A DNA stretch of 64,000 bases from Tubulanus polymorphus (lineage: Eukaryota > Animalia > Nemertea). The DNA is taken from the NCBI RefSeq assembly GCF_964204645.1, contig NW_027437446.1, forward strand, positions 1-64,000. Reading direction: 5' to 3'. The translations under genes were made by a program, and so were the position numbers. The notes beneath the pieces were generated by a model. It had not been told where the DNA came from. It saw only the letters and a program-made list of their open reading frames with translations, and did not search any database. This document shows, one piece after another, positions 35,401 to 49,500 of the stretch (the first letter of the stretch is position 1; every line of letters begins with the position of its first letter).

Positions 35401-37250
35401 GCTCAAATCGACGGGAAAAGCACATTTCGACCCGAAAACTTCGTTCAGCGCGAGAAAAGAAGTTTTCTCATCAAATTCTCCCCGTATCGGAAAAACGAAA
35501 ATGTCGATGCGCAAAAGCGCTCAAATCGACGGGAAAAGTACATTTCGACCCGAAAACGTCGTTCAGTGCGAGAAAATACGTTTTCTCATCAAATTCTCCC
35601 CGTATCGGAAAAACGAAAATGTCGATGCGCAAAAGCGCTCAAATCGACGGGAAAAGCACATTTCGACCCGAAAACTTCGTTCAGCGCGAGAAAAGAAGTT
35701 TTCTCATCAAATTCTCCCCGTATCGGAAAAACGAAAATGTCGATGCGCAAAAGCGCTCAAATCGACGGGAAAAGCACATTTCGACCCGAAAACTTCGTTC
35801 AGCGCGAGAAAAGAAGTTTTCTCATCAAATTCTCCCCGTATCGGAAAAACGAAAATGTCGATGCGCAAAAGCGCTCAAATCGACGGGAAAAGTACATTTC
35901 GACCCGAAAACGTCGTTCAGCGCGAGAAAAGACGTTTTCTCATCAAATTCTCCCCGTATCGGAAAAACGAAAATGTCGATGCGCAAAAGCTCTCAAATCG
36001 ACGGGAAAAGTACATTTCGACCCGAAAACGTCGTTCAGCGCGAGAAAAGACGTTTTCTCATCAAATTCTCCCCGTATCGGAAAAACGAAAATGTCGATGC
36101 GCAAAAGCGCTCAAATCGACGGGAAAAGTACATTTCGACCCGAAAACGTCGTTCAGCGCGAGAAAAGACGTTTTCTCATCAAATTCTCCCCGTATCGGAA
36201 AAACGAAAATGTCGATGCGCAAAAGCGCTCAAATCGACGGGAAAAGTACATTTCGACCCGAAAACGTCGTTCAGCGCGAGAAAATACGTTTTCTCATCAA
36301 ATTCTCCCCGTATCCGAAAAACGAAAATGTCGATGCGCAAAAGCGCTCAAATCGACGGGAAAAGCACATTTCGACCCGAAAACGTCGTTCAGCGCGAGAA
36401 AAGAGTTTTCTCATCAAATTCTCCCCGTATCGGAAAAACGAAAATGTCGATGCGCAAAAGCGCTCAAATCGACGGGAAAAGTACGTTTCGACCCGAAAAC
36501 GTCGTTCAGCGCGAGAAAAGACGTTTTCTCATCAAATTCTCCCCGTATCGGAAAAACGAAAATGTCGATGCGCAAAAGCGCTCAAATCGACGGGAAAAGC
36601 ACATTTCGACCCGAAAACTTCGTTCAGCGCGAGAAAAGGCGTTTTCTCATCAAATTCTCGCCGTTTCGGAAAAACGAAAATGTCGATGCGCAAAAGCGCT
36701 CAAATCGACGGGAAAAGCACATTTCGACCCGAAAACTTCGTTCAGCGCGAGAAAAGGCGTTTTCTCATCAAATTCTCCCCGTATCGGAAAAACGAAAATG
36801 TCGATGCGCGAAAGCGCTCAAATCGACGGGAAAAGCACATTTCGACCCGAAAACGTCGTTCAGCGCGAGAAAAGACGTTTTCTCATCAAATTCTCCCCTT
36901 ATCAGAAAAAAATGAAATTGTCGATGCGCGAAAGCGCTCAAATCGACGGGAAAAGCACATTTCGACCCGAAAACGTCGTTCAGCGCGAGAAAAGACGTTT
37001 TCTCATCAAATTCTCCCCGTATCGGAAAAACGAAAATGTCGATGCGCAATAGCGCTCAAATCGACGGGAAAAGTACATTTCGACCCGAAAACGTCGTTCA
37101 GCGCGAGAAAAGAAGTTTTCTCATCAAATTCTCCCCGTATCGGAAAAACGAAAATGTCGATGCGCAAAAGCGCTCAAATCGACGGGAAAAGCACATTTCG
37201 ACCCGAAAACGTCGTTCAGCGCGAGAAAATACGTTTTCTCATCAAATTCT
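29445..37250. repeat. Higher-order tandem duplication, period 3895 bp (33 monomers)
   Basis: Identical ORFs are offset by 3895 (29718/33613, 30071/33966, 31134/35029). The rare variant ACATTTAGAC occurs at ~29521 and ~33416. Confidence 0.92.
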
Positions 37251-40200
37251 CCCCGTATCCGAAAAACGAAAATGTCGAGGCGCAAAAGCGCTCAAATCGA
37301 CGGGAAAAGCACATTTCGACCCGAAAACTTCGTTCAGCGCGAGAAAAGACGTTTTCTCATCAAATTCTCCCCTTATCAGAAAAAATGAAATTGTCGATGC
37401 GTGAAAGCGCTCAAATCGACGGGAAAAGCACATTTCGACCCGAAAACGTCGTTCAGCGCGAGAAAAGAGTTTTCTCATCAAATTCTCCCCGTATCGGAAA
37501 AACGAAAATGTCGATGCGCAAAAGCGCTCAAATCGACGGGAAAAGCACATTTCGACCCGAAAACTTCGTTCAGCGCGAGAAAAGAAGTTTTCTCATCAAA
37601 TTCTCCCCGTATCGGAAAAACGAAAATGTCGATGCGCAAAAGCGCTCAAATCGACGGGAAAAGTACATTTCGACCCGAAAACGTCGTTCAGCGCGAGAAA
37701 ATACGTTTTCTCATCAAATTCTCCCCGTATCGGAAAAACGAAAATGTCGATGCGCAAAAGCGCTCAAATCGACGGGAAAAGCACATTTCGACCCGAAAAC
37801 TTCGTTCAGCGCGAGAAAAGAAGTTTTCTCATCAAATTCTCCCCGTATCGGAAAAACGAAAATGTCGATGCGCAAAAGCGCTCAAATCGACGGGAAAAGC
37901 ACATTTCGACCCGAAAACTTCGTTCAGCGCGAGAAAATACGTTTTCTCATCAAATTCTCCCCGTATCGGAAAAACGAAAATGTCGATGCGCAAAAGCGCT
38001 CAAATCGACGGGAAAAGCACATTTCGACCCGAAAACTTCGTTCAGCGCGAGAAAAGAAGTTTTCTCATCAAATTCTCCCCGTATCGGAGAAACGAAAATG
38101 TCGATGCGCAAAAGCGCTCAAATCGACGGGAAAAGCACATTTCGACCCGAAAACTTCGTTCAGCGCGAGAAAAGACGTTTTCTCATCAAATTCTCCCCTT
38201 ATCGGAAAAAAAGAAATTGTCGATGCGCGAAAGCGCTCAAATCGACGGGAAAAGCAACTTTCGACCCGAAAACGTCGTTCAGCGCGAGAAAATACGTTTT
38301 CTCATCAAATTCTCCCCGTATCGGAAAAACGAAAATGTCGATGCGCAAAAGCGCTCAAATCGACGGGAAAAGTACATTTCGACCCGAAAACGTCGTTCAG
38401 CGCGAGAAAAGAGTTTTCTCATCAAATTCTCCCCGTATCGGAAAAACGAAAATGTCGATGCGCAAAAGCGCTCAAATCGACGGGAAAAGTACGTTTCGAC
38501 CCGAAAACGTCGTTCAGCGCGAGAAAAGACGTTTTCTCATCAAATTCTCCCCGTATCGGAAAAACGAAAATGTCGATGCGCAAAAGCGCTCAAATCGACG
38601 GGAAAAGCACATTTCGACCCGAAAACTTCGTTCAGCGCGAGAAAAGGCGTTTTCTCATCAAATTCTCGCCGTATCGGAAAAACGAAAATGTCGATGCGCA
38701 AAAGCGCTCAAATCGACGGGAAAAGCACATTTCGACCCGAAAACTTCGTTCAGCGCGAGAAAAGGCGTTTTCTCATCAAATTCTCCCCGTATCGGAAAAA
38801 CGAAAATGTCGATGCGCAAAAGCGCTCAAATCGACGGGAAAAGCACATTTCGACCCGAAAACGTCGTTCAGCGCGAGAAAAGACGTTTTCTCATCAAATT
38901 CTCCCCGTATCGGAAAAACGAAAATGTCGATGCGCAAAAGCGCTCAAATCGACGGGAAAAGCACATTTCAACCCGAAAACTTCGTTCAGCGCGAGAAAAG
39001 ACGTTTTCTCATCAAATTCTCCCCGTATCGGAAAAACGAAAATGTCGATGCGCAAAAGCTCTCAAATCGACGGGAAAAGCACATTTCGACCCGAAAACGT
39101 CGTTCAGCGCGAGAAAAGACGTTTTCTCATCAAATTCTCCCCTTATAGGAAAAACGAAAATGTCGATGCGCAAAAGCGCTCAAATCGACGGGAAAAGTAC
39201 ATTTCGACCCGAAAACGTCGTTCAGCGCGAGAAAAGACGTTTTCTCATCAAATTCTCCCCGTATCGGAAAAACGAAAATGTCGATGCGCGAAAGCGCTCA
39301 AATCGACGGGAAAAGCACATTTCGACCCGAAAACGTCGTTCAGCGCGAGAAAAGACGTTTTCTAATCAAATTCTCCCCTTATCAGAAAAAATGAAATTGT
39401 CGATGCGCGAAAGCGCTCAAATCGACGGGAAAAGCACATTTCGACCCGAAAACGTCGTTCAGCGCGAGAAAAGAAGTTTTCTTATCAAATTCTCCCCGTA
39501 TCGGAAAAACGAAAATGTCGATGCGAAAAGCGCTCAAATCGACGGGAAAAGTACATTTCGACCCGAAAACATCGTTCAGCGCGAGAAAAGACGTTTTCTC
39601 ATCAAATTCTCCCCTTATCAGAAAAAATGAAATTGTCGATGCGCGGAAGCGCTCAAATCGACGGGAAAAGCACATTTCGACCCGAAAACGTCGTTCAGCG
39701 CGAGAAAAGAAGTTTTCTTATCAAATTCTCCCCGTATCGGAAAAACGAAAATGTCGATGCGCGAAAGCGCTCAAATCGACGGGAAAAGTACATTTCGAAC
39801 CGAAAACGTCGTTCAGCGCGAGAAAAGACGTTTTCTCATCAAATTCTCCCCTTATCAGAAAAAATGAAATTGTCGATGCGCGAAAGCGCTCAAATCGACG
39901 GGAAAAGCAGATTTCGACCCAAAAACGTCGTTCAGCGCGAGAAAAGACGTTTTCTCATCAAATTCTCCCCTTATCAGAAAAAATGAAATTGTCGATGCGC
40001 GAAAGCGCTCAAATCGACGGGAAAAGCACATTTCGACCCGAAAACGTCGTTCAGCGCGAGAAAAGAAGTTTTCTTATCAAATTCTCCCCGTATCGGAAAA
40101 AATGAAATTGTCGATGCGCGAAAGCGCTCAAATCGACGGGAAAAGCAGATTTCGACCCGAAAACGTCGTTCAGCGCGAGAAAAGACGTTTTCTCATCAAA

Positions 40201-41399
40201 TTCTCCCCTTATCAGAAAAAATGAAATTGTCGATGCGCGAAAGCGCTCAAATCGACGGGAAAAGCACATTTCGACCCGAAAACGTCGTTCAGCGCGAGAA
40301 AAGAAGTTTTCTTATCAAATTTTCCCCGTATCGGAAAAACGAAAATGTCGATGCGAAAAGCGCTCAAATCGACGGGAAAAGTACATTTCGACCCGAAAAC
40401 GTCGTTCAGCGCGAGAAAAGACGTTTTCTCATCAAATTCTCCCCTTATCAGAAAAAATGAAATTGTCGATGCGCGGAAGCGCTCAAATCGACGGGAAAAG
40501 CACATTTCGACCCGAAAACGTCGTTCAGCGCGAGAAAAGAAGTTTTCTTATCAAATTCTCCCCGTATCGGAAAAACGAAAATGTCGATGCGCAAAAGCGC
40601 TCAAATCGACGGGAAAAGCACATTTCGACCCGAAAACTTCGTTCAGCGCGAGAAAAGACGTTTTCTCATCAAATTCTCCCCGTATCGGAAAAACGAAAAT
40701 GTCGATGCGCAAAAGCGCTCAAATCGACGGGAAAAGCACATTTCGACCCGAAAACGTCGTTCAGCGCGAGAAAAGACGTTTTCTCATCAAATTCTCCCCG
40801 TATCGGAAAAACGAAAATGTCGATGCGCAAAAGCGCTCAAATCGACGGGAAAAGCACATTTCGACCCGAAAACTTCGTTCAGCGCGAGAAAAGACGTTTT
40901 CTCATCAAATTCTCCCCGTATCGGAAAAACGAAAATGTCGATGCGCAAAAGCGCTCAAATCGACGGGAAAAGCACATTTCGACCCGAAAACTTCGTTCAG
41001 CGCGAGAAAAGACGTTTTCTCATCAAATTCTCCCCGTATCGGAAAAAACGAAATTGTCGATGCTCGAAAGCGCTCAAATCGACGGGAAAAGCACATTTCG
41101 ACCCGAAAACGTCGTTCAGCGCGAGAAAAGAAGTTTTCTCATCAAATTCTCCCCGTATCGGAAAAACGAAAATGTCGATTGCGCGAAAGCGCTCAAATCG
41201 ACGGGAAAAGTACATTTCGACCCGAAAACGTCGTTCAGCGCGAGAAAAGATGTTTTCTCATCAAATTCTCCCCGTATCGGAAAAACGAAAATGTCGATGC
41301 GCAAAAGCGCTCAAATCGACGGGAAAAGTACATTTCGACCCGAAAACGTCGTTCAGCGCGAGAAAAGACGTTTTCTCATCAAATTCTCCCCGTATCGGA

Positions 41400-44300
41400 A
41401 AAACGAAAATGTCGATGCGCGATAGCGCTCAAATCGACGGGAAAAGTACATTTCGACCCGAAAACGTCGTTCAGCGCGAGAAAAGACGTTTTCTCATCAA
41501 ATTCTCCCCGTATCGGAAAAACGAAAATGTCGATGCGCTAAAGCGCTCAAATCGACGGGAAAAGCACAATTCGTCCCGAAAACGTCGTTCAGCGCGAGAA
41601 AAGACGTTTTCTCATCAAATTCTCCCCGTATCGGAAAAACGAAAATGTCGATGCGCAAAAGCGCTCAAATCGACGGGAAAAGCACATTTCGACCCGAAAA
41701 CGTCGTTCAGCGCGAGAAAAGACGATTTCTCATCAAATTCTCCCCTTATCAGAAAAAATGAAATTGTCGATGCGCGAAAGCGCTCAAATCGACGGGAAAA
41801 GCACATTTCGACCCGAAAACGTCGTTCAGCGCGAGAAAAGACGTTTTCTCATCAAATTCTCCCCTTATCAGAAAAAATGAAATTGTCGATGCGCGAAAGC
41901 GCTCAAATCGACGGGAAAAGCACATTTCGACCCGAAAACGTGGTTCAGCGCGAGAAAAGAAGTTTTCTTATCAAATTTTCCCCGTATCGGAAAAACGAAA
42001 ATGTCGATGCGAAAAGCGCTCAAATCGACGGGAAAAGTACATTTCGACCCGAAAACGTCGTTCAGCGCGAGAAAAGACGTTTTCTCATCAAATTCTCCCC
42101 TTATCAGAAAAAATGAAATTGTCGATGCGCGGAAGCGCTCAAATCGACGGGAAAAGCACATTTCGACCCGAAAACGTCGTTCAGCGCGAGAAAAGAAGTT
42201 TTCTTATCAAATTCTCCCCGTATCGGAAAAACGAAAATGTCGATGCGCGAAAGCGCTCAAATCGACGGGAAAAGTACATTTCGAACCGAAAACGTCGTTC
42301 AGCGCGAGAAAATACGTTTTCTCATCAAATTCTCCCTGTATCCGAAAAACGAAAATGTCGATGAGCAAAAGCGCTCAAATCGACAGGAAAAGCACATTTC
42401 GACCCGAAAACGTCGTTCAGCGCGAGAAAAGACGTTTTCTCATCAAATTCTCCCCGTATCGGAAAAACGAAAATGTCGATGCGCAAAAACGCTCAAATCG
42501 ACGGGAAAAGCATATTTCGACCCGGAAACTTCGTTCAGCGCGAGAAAAGACGTTTTCTCATCAAATTCTCCCCGTATCGGAAAAACGAAAATGTCGATGC
42601 GCAAAAGCGCTCAAATCGACGGGAAAAGCACATTTCGACCCGAAAACTTCGTTCAGCGCGAGAAAAGACGTTTTCTCATCAAATTCTCCCCGTATCGGAA
42701 AAACGAAAATGTCGATGCGCAAAAGCGCTCAAATCGACGGGAAAAGCACATTTCGACCCGAAAACTTCGTTCAGCGCGAGAAAAGACGTTTTCTCATCAA
42801 ATTCTCCCCGTATCGGAAAAAATGAAATTGTCGATGCTCGAAAGCGCTCAAATCGACGGGAAAAGCACATTTCGACCCGAAAACGTCGTTCAGCGCGAGA
42901 AAAGAAGTTTTCTCATCAAACTCTCCCAGTGTCGGAAAAACGAAAAAGTCGATGCGCAAAAGCGCTCAAATCGACGGGAAAAGTACATTTCGACCCGAAA
43001 ACGTCGTTCAGCGCGAGAAAAGACGTTTTCTCATCAAATTCTCCCCGTATCGGAAAAACGAAAATGTCGATGCGCAAAAGCGCTCAAATCGACGGGAAAA
43101 GCACATTTCGACCCGAAAACTTCGTTCATCGCGAGAAAAGGCGTTTTCTCATCAAATTCTCGCCGTATCGGAAAAACGAAAATGTCGATGCGCAAAAGCG
43201 CTCAAATCGACGGGAAAAGCACATTTCGACTCGAAAACGTCGTTCAGCGCGAGAAAAGACGTTTTCTCATCAAATTCTCCCCGTATCGGAAAAACGAAAA
43301 TGTCGATGCGCAAAAGCGCTCAAATCGACGGGAAAAGCACATTTCGACCCGAAAACGTCGTTCAGCGCGAGAAAAGACGTTTTCTCATCAAATTCTCCCC
43401 GTATCCGAAAAACGAAAATGTCGATGAGCAAAAGCGCTCAAATCGACGGGAAAAGCACATTTCGACCCGAAAACGTCGTTCAGCGCGAGAAAAGAGTTTT
43501 CTCATCAAATTCTCCCCGTATGGGAAAAACGAAAATGTCGATGCGCAAAAGCGCTCAAATCGACGGGAAAAGCACATTTCGACCCGAAAACGTCGTTCAG
43601 CGCGAGAAAAGACGTTTTCTCATCAAATTCTCCCCGTATCGGAAAAACGAAAATGTCGATGCGCGAAAGCGCTCAAATCGACGGGAAAAGCACATTTCGA
43701 CCCGAAAACTTCGTTCAGCGCGAGAAAAGACGTTTTCTCATCAAATTCTCCCCGTATCGGAAAAACGAAAATGTCGATGCGCGAAAGCGCTCAAATCGAC
43801 GGGAAAAGTACATTTCGACCCGAAAACGTCGTTCAGCGCGAGAAAATACGTTTTCTCATCAAATTCTCCCCGTATCGAAAAACGAAAATGTCGATGCGCG
43901 AAAGCGCTCAAATCGACGGGAAAAGTACATTTCGACCCGAAAACGTCGTTCAGCGCGAGAAAAGACGTTTTCTCATCAAATTCTCCCCGTATCGGAAAAA
44001 CGAAAATGTCGAGGCGCAAAAGCGCTCAAATCGACGGGAAAAGCACATTTCGACCCGAAAACGTCGTTCAGCGCGAGAAAAGACGTTTTCTCATCAAATT
44101 CTCCCCGTATCGGAAAAACGAAAATGTCGATGCTCGAAAGCGCTCAAATCGACGGGAAAAGCACATTTCGACCCGAAAACTTCGTTCAGCGCGAGAAAAG
44201 AAGTTTTCTCATCAAATTCTCCCCGTATCGGAAAAACGAAAATGTCGATGCGCGAAAGCGCTCAAATCGACGGGAAAAGTACATTTCGACCCGAAAACGT

Positions 44301-46550
44301 CGTTCAGCGCGAGAAAAGACGTTTTCTCATCAAATTCTCCCCGTATCGGAAAAACGAAAATGTCGATGCGCGAAAGCGCTCAAATCGACGGGAAAAGTAC
44401 ATTTCGACCCGAAAACGTCGTTCAGCGCGAGAAAAGACGTTTTCTCATCAAATTCTCCCCGTATCGGAAAAACGAAAATGTCGATGCGCGATAGCGCTCA
44501 AATCGACGGGAAAAGTACATTTCGACCCGAAAACGTCGTTCAGCGCGAGAAAAGACGTTTTCTCATCAAATTCTCCCCGTATCGGAAAAACGAAAATGTC
44601 GATGCGCTAAAGCGCTCAAATCGACGGGAAAAGCACAATTCGTCCCGAAAACGTCGTTCAGTGCGAGAAAAGACGTTTTCTCATCAAATTCTCCCCGTAT
44701 CGGAAAAACGAAAATGTCGATACGCAAAAGCGCTCAAATCGACGGGAAAAGCACATTTCGACCCGAAAACGTCGTTCAGCGCGAGAAAAGACGTTTTCTC
44801 ATCAAATTCTCCCCTTATCAGAAAAAATGAAATTGTCGATGCGCGAAAGCGCTCAAATCGACGGGAAAAGCACATTTCGACCCGAAAACGTCGTTCAGCG
44901 CGAGAAAAGACGTTTTCTCATCAAATTCTCCCCTTATCAGAAAAAATGAAATTGTCGATGCGCGAAAGCGCTCAAATCGACGGGAAAAGCACATTTCGAC
45001 CCGAAAACGTGGTTCAGCGCGAGAAAAGAAGTTTTCTTATCAAATTTTCCCCGTATCGGAAAAACGAAAATGTCGATGCGAAAAGCGCTCAAATCGACGG
45101 GAAAAGTACATTTCGACCCGAAAACGTCGTTCAGCGCGAGAAAAGACGTTTTCTCGTCAAATTCTCCCCTTATCAGAAAAAATGAAATTGTCGATGCGCG
45201 GAAGCGCTCAAATCGACGGGAAAAGCACATTTCGACCCGAAAACGTCGTTCAGCGCGAGAAAAGAAGTTTTCTTATCAAATTCTCCCCGTATCGGAAAAA
45301 CGAAAATGTCGATGCGCGAAAGCGCTCAAATCGACGGGAAAAGTACATTTCGAACCGAACACGTCGTTCAGCGCGAGAAAATACGTTTTCTCATCAAATT
45401 CTCCCTGTATCCGAAAAACGAAAATGTCGATGAGCAAAAGCGCTCAAATCGACAGGAAAAGCACATTTCGACCCGAAAACGTCGTTCAGCGCGAGAAAAG
45501 ACGTTTTCTCATCAAATTCTCCCCGTATCGGAAAAACGAAAATGTCGATGCGCAAAAACGCTCAAATCGACGGGAAAAGCATATTTCGACCCGGAAACTT
45601 CGTTCAGCGCGAGAAAAGACGTTTTCTCATCAAATTCTCCCCGTATCGGAAAAACGAAAATGTCGATGCGCAAAAGCGCTCAAATCGACGGGAAAAGCAC
45701 ATTTCGACCCGAAAACTTCGTTCAGCGCGAGAAAAGACGTTTTCTCATCAAATTCTCCCCGTATCGGAAAAACGAAAATGTCGATGCGCAAAAGCGCTCA
45801 AATCGACGGGAAAAGCACATTTCGACCCGAAAACTTCGTTCAGCGCGAGAAAAGACGTTTTCTCATCAAATTCTCCCCGTATCGGAAAAAATGAAATTGT
45901 CGATGCTCGAAAGCGCTCAAATCGACGGGAAAAGCACATTTCGACCCGAAAACGTCGTTCAGCGCGAGAAAAGAAGTTTTCTCATCAAACTCTCCCAGTG
46001 TCGGAAAAACGAAAAAGTCGATGCGCAAAAGCGCTCAAATCGACGGGAAAAGTACATTTCGACCCGAAAACGTCGTTCAGCGCGAGAAAAGACGTTTTCT
46101 CATCAAATTCTCCCCGTATCGGAAAAACGAAAATGTCGATGCGCAAAAGCGCTCAAATCGACGGGAAAAGCACATTTCGACCCGAAAACTTCGTTCATCG
46201 CGAGAAAAGGCGTTTTCTCATCAAATTCTCGCCGTATCGGAAAAACGAAAATGTCGATGCGCAAAAGCGCTCAAATCGACGGGAAAAGCACATTTCGACT
46301 CGAAAACGTCGTTCAGCGCGAGAAAAGACGTTTTCTCATCAAATTCTCCCCGTATCGGAAAAACGAAAATGTCGATGCGCAAAAGCGCTCAAATCGACGG
46401 GAAAAGCACATTTCGACCCGAAAACGTCGTTCAGCGCGAGAAAAGACGTTTTCTCATCAAATTCTCCCCGTATCCGAAAAACGAAAATGTCGATGAGCAA
46501 AAGCGCTCAAATCGACGGGAAAAGCACATTTCGACCCGAAAACGTCGTTC
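41400..46550. repeat. Higher-order duplication, offset 3069 bp (26 monomers)
   Basis: ORFs are offset by 3069 (42001/45070, 42237/45306, 42473/45542). Shared rare variants include GCGCTAAAG, AACGTGGTT and CTCTCCCAGTGT. Confidence 0.88.
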
Positions 46551-49500
46551 AGCGCGAGAAAAGACGTTTTCTCATCAAATTCTCCCCGTATCGGAAAAAC
46601 GAAAATGTCGATGCGCAAAAGCGCTCAAATCGACGGGATAAGCACATTTCGACCCGAAAACTTCGTTCAGCGCGAGAAAAGAAGTTTTCTCATCAAATTC
46701 TCCCCGTATCGGAAAAACGAAAATGTCGATGCGCAAAAGCGCTCAAATCGACGGGAAAAGTACATTTCGACCCGAAAACGTCGTTCAGCGCGAGAAAAGA
46801 CGTTTTCTCATCAAATTCTCCCCGTATCGGAAAAACGAAAATGTCGATGCGCAAAAGCGCTCAAATCGACGGGAAAAGCACATTTCGACCCGAAAACGTC
46901 GTTCAGCGCGAGAAAAGACGTTTTCTCATCAAATTCTCCCCTTATCAGAAAAAATGAAATTGTCGATGCGCGAAAGCGCTCAAATCGACGGGAAAAGCAC
47001 ATTTCGACCCGAAAACGTCGTTCAGCGCGAGAAAAGACGTTTTCTCATCAAATTCTCCCCTTATCAGAAAAAATGAAATTGTCGATGCGCGAAAGCGCTC
47101 AAATCGACGGGAAAAGCACATTTCGACCCGAAAACGTCGTTCAGCGCGAGAAAAGAAGTTTTCTTATCAAATTTTCCCCGTATCGGAAAAACGAAAATGT
47201 CGATGCGAAAAGCGTTCAAATCGACGGGAAAAGTACATTTCGACCCGAAAACGTCGTTCAGCGCGAGAAAAGACGTTTTCTCATCAAATTCTCCCCTTAT
47301 CAGAAAAAATGAAATTGTCGATGCGCGGACGCGCTCAAATCGACGGGAAAAGCACATTTCGACCCGAAAACGTCGTTCAGCGCGAGAAAAGACGTTTTCT
47401 CATCAAATTCTCCCCGTATCCGAAAAACGAAAATGTCGATGAGCAAAAGCGCTCAAATCGACGGGAAAAGCACATTTCGACCCGAAAACGTCGTTCAGCG
47501 CGAGAAAAGACGTTTTCTCATCAAATTCTCCCCGTATCGGAAAAACGAAAATGTCGATGCGCAAAAGCGCTCAAATCGACGGGATAAGCAACATTTCGAC
47601 CCGAAAACTTCGTTCAGCGCGAGAAAAGAAGTTTTCTCATCAAATTCTCCCCGTATCGGAAAAACGAAAATGTCGATGCGCAAAAGCGCTCAAATCGACG
47701 GGAAAAGTACATTTCGACCCGAAAACGTCGTTCAGCCGCGAGAAAAGACGTTTTCTCATCAAATTCTCCCCGTATCGGAAAAACGAAAATGTCGATGCGC
47801 AAAAGCGCTCAAATCGACGGGAAAAGCACATTTCGACCCGAAAACGTCGTTCAGCGCGAGAAAAGACGTTTTCTCATCAAATTCTCCCCTTATCAGAAAA
47901 AATGAAATTGTCGATGCGCGAAAGCGCTCAAATCGACGGGAAAAGCACATTTCGACCCGAAAACGTCGTTCAGCGCGAGAAAAGACGTTTTCTCATCAAA
48001 TTCTCCCCTTATCAGAAAAAATGAAATTGTCGATGCGCGAAAGCGCTCAAATCGACGGGAAAAGCACATTTCGACCCGAAAACGTCGTTCAGCGCGAGAA
48101 AAGAAGTTTTCTTATCAAATTTTCCCCGTATCGGAAAAACGAAAATGTCGATGCGAAAAGCGTTTAAATCGACGGGAAAAGTACATTTCGACCCGAAAAC
48201 GTCGTTCAGCGCGAGAAAAGACGTTTTCTCATCAAATTCTCCCCTTATGAGAAAAAATGAAATTGTCGATGCGCGGACGCGCTCAAATCGACGGGAAAAG
48301 CACATTTCGACCCGAAAACGTCGTTCAGCGCGAGAAAAGAAGTTTTCTTATCAAATTCTCCCCGTATCGGAAAAACGAAAATGTCGATGCGCGAAAGCGC
48401 TCAAATCGACGGGAAAAGTACATTTCGAACCGAAAACGTCGTTCAGCGCGAGAAAATACGTTTTCTCATCAAATTCTCCCTGTATCCGAAAAACGAAAAT
48501 GTCGATGAGCAAAAGCGCTCAAATCGACAGGAAAAGCACATTTCGACCCGAAAACGTCGTTCAGCGCGAGAAAAGACGTTTTCTCATCAAATTCTCCCCG
48601 TATCGGAAAAACGAAAATGTCGATGCGCGAAAGCGCTCAAATCGACGGGAAAAGCACATTTCCACCCGAAAACTTCGTTCAGCGCGAGAAAAGAAGTTTT
48701 CTCATCAAATTCTCCCCGTATCGGAAAAACGAAAATGTCAATGCGCGAAAGCGCTCAAATCGACGGGAAAAGTACATTTCGACCCGAAAACGTCGTTCAG
48801 CGCGAGAAAATACGTTTTCTCATCAAATTCTCCCCGTATCGGAAAAACGAAAATGTCGATGCGCGAAAGCGCTCAAATCGACGGGAAAAGTACATTTCGA
48901 CCCGAAAACGTCGTTCAGCGCGAGAAAAGACGTTTTCTCATCAAATTCTCCCCGTATCGGAAAAACGAAAATGTCGATGCGCGAAAGCGCTCAAATCGAC
49001 GGGAAAAGCACATTTCGACCCGAAAACTTCGTTCAGCGCGAGAAAAGAAGTTTTCTCATCAAATTCTCCCCGTATCGGAAAAACGAAAATGTCGATGCGC
49101 GAAAGCGCTCAAATCGACGGGAAAAGTACATTTCGACCCGAAAACGTCGTTCAGCGCGAGAAAATACGTTTTCTCATCAAATTCTCCCCGTATCCGAAAA
49201 ACGAAAATGTCGATGCGCAAAAGCGCTCAAATCGACGGGAAAAGCACATTTCGACCCGAAAACGTCGTTCAGCGCGAGAAAAGAGTTTTCTCATCAAATT
49301 CTCCCCGTATCGGAAAAACGAAAATGTCGATGCGCAAAAGCGCTCAAATCGACGGGAAAAGCACATTTCGACCCGAAAACGTCGTTCAGCGCGAGAAAAG
49401 ACGTTTTCTCATCAAATTCTCCCCGTATCGGAAAAACGAAAATGTCGATGCGCGAAAGCGTTCAAATCGACGGGAAAAGCACATTTCGACCCGAAAACTT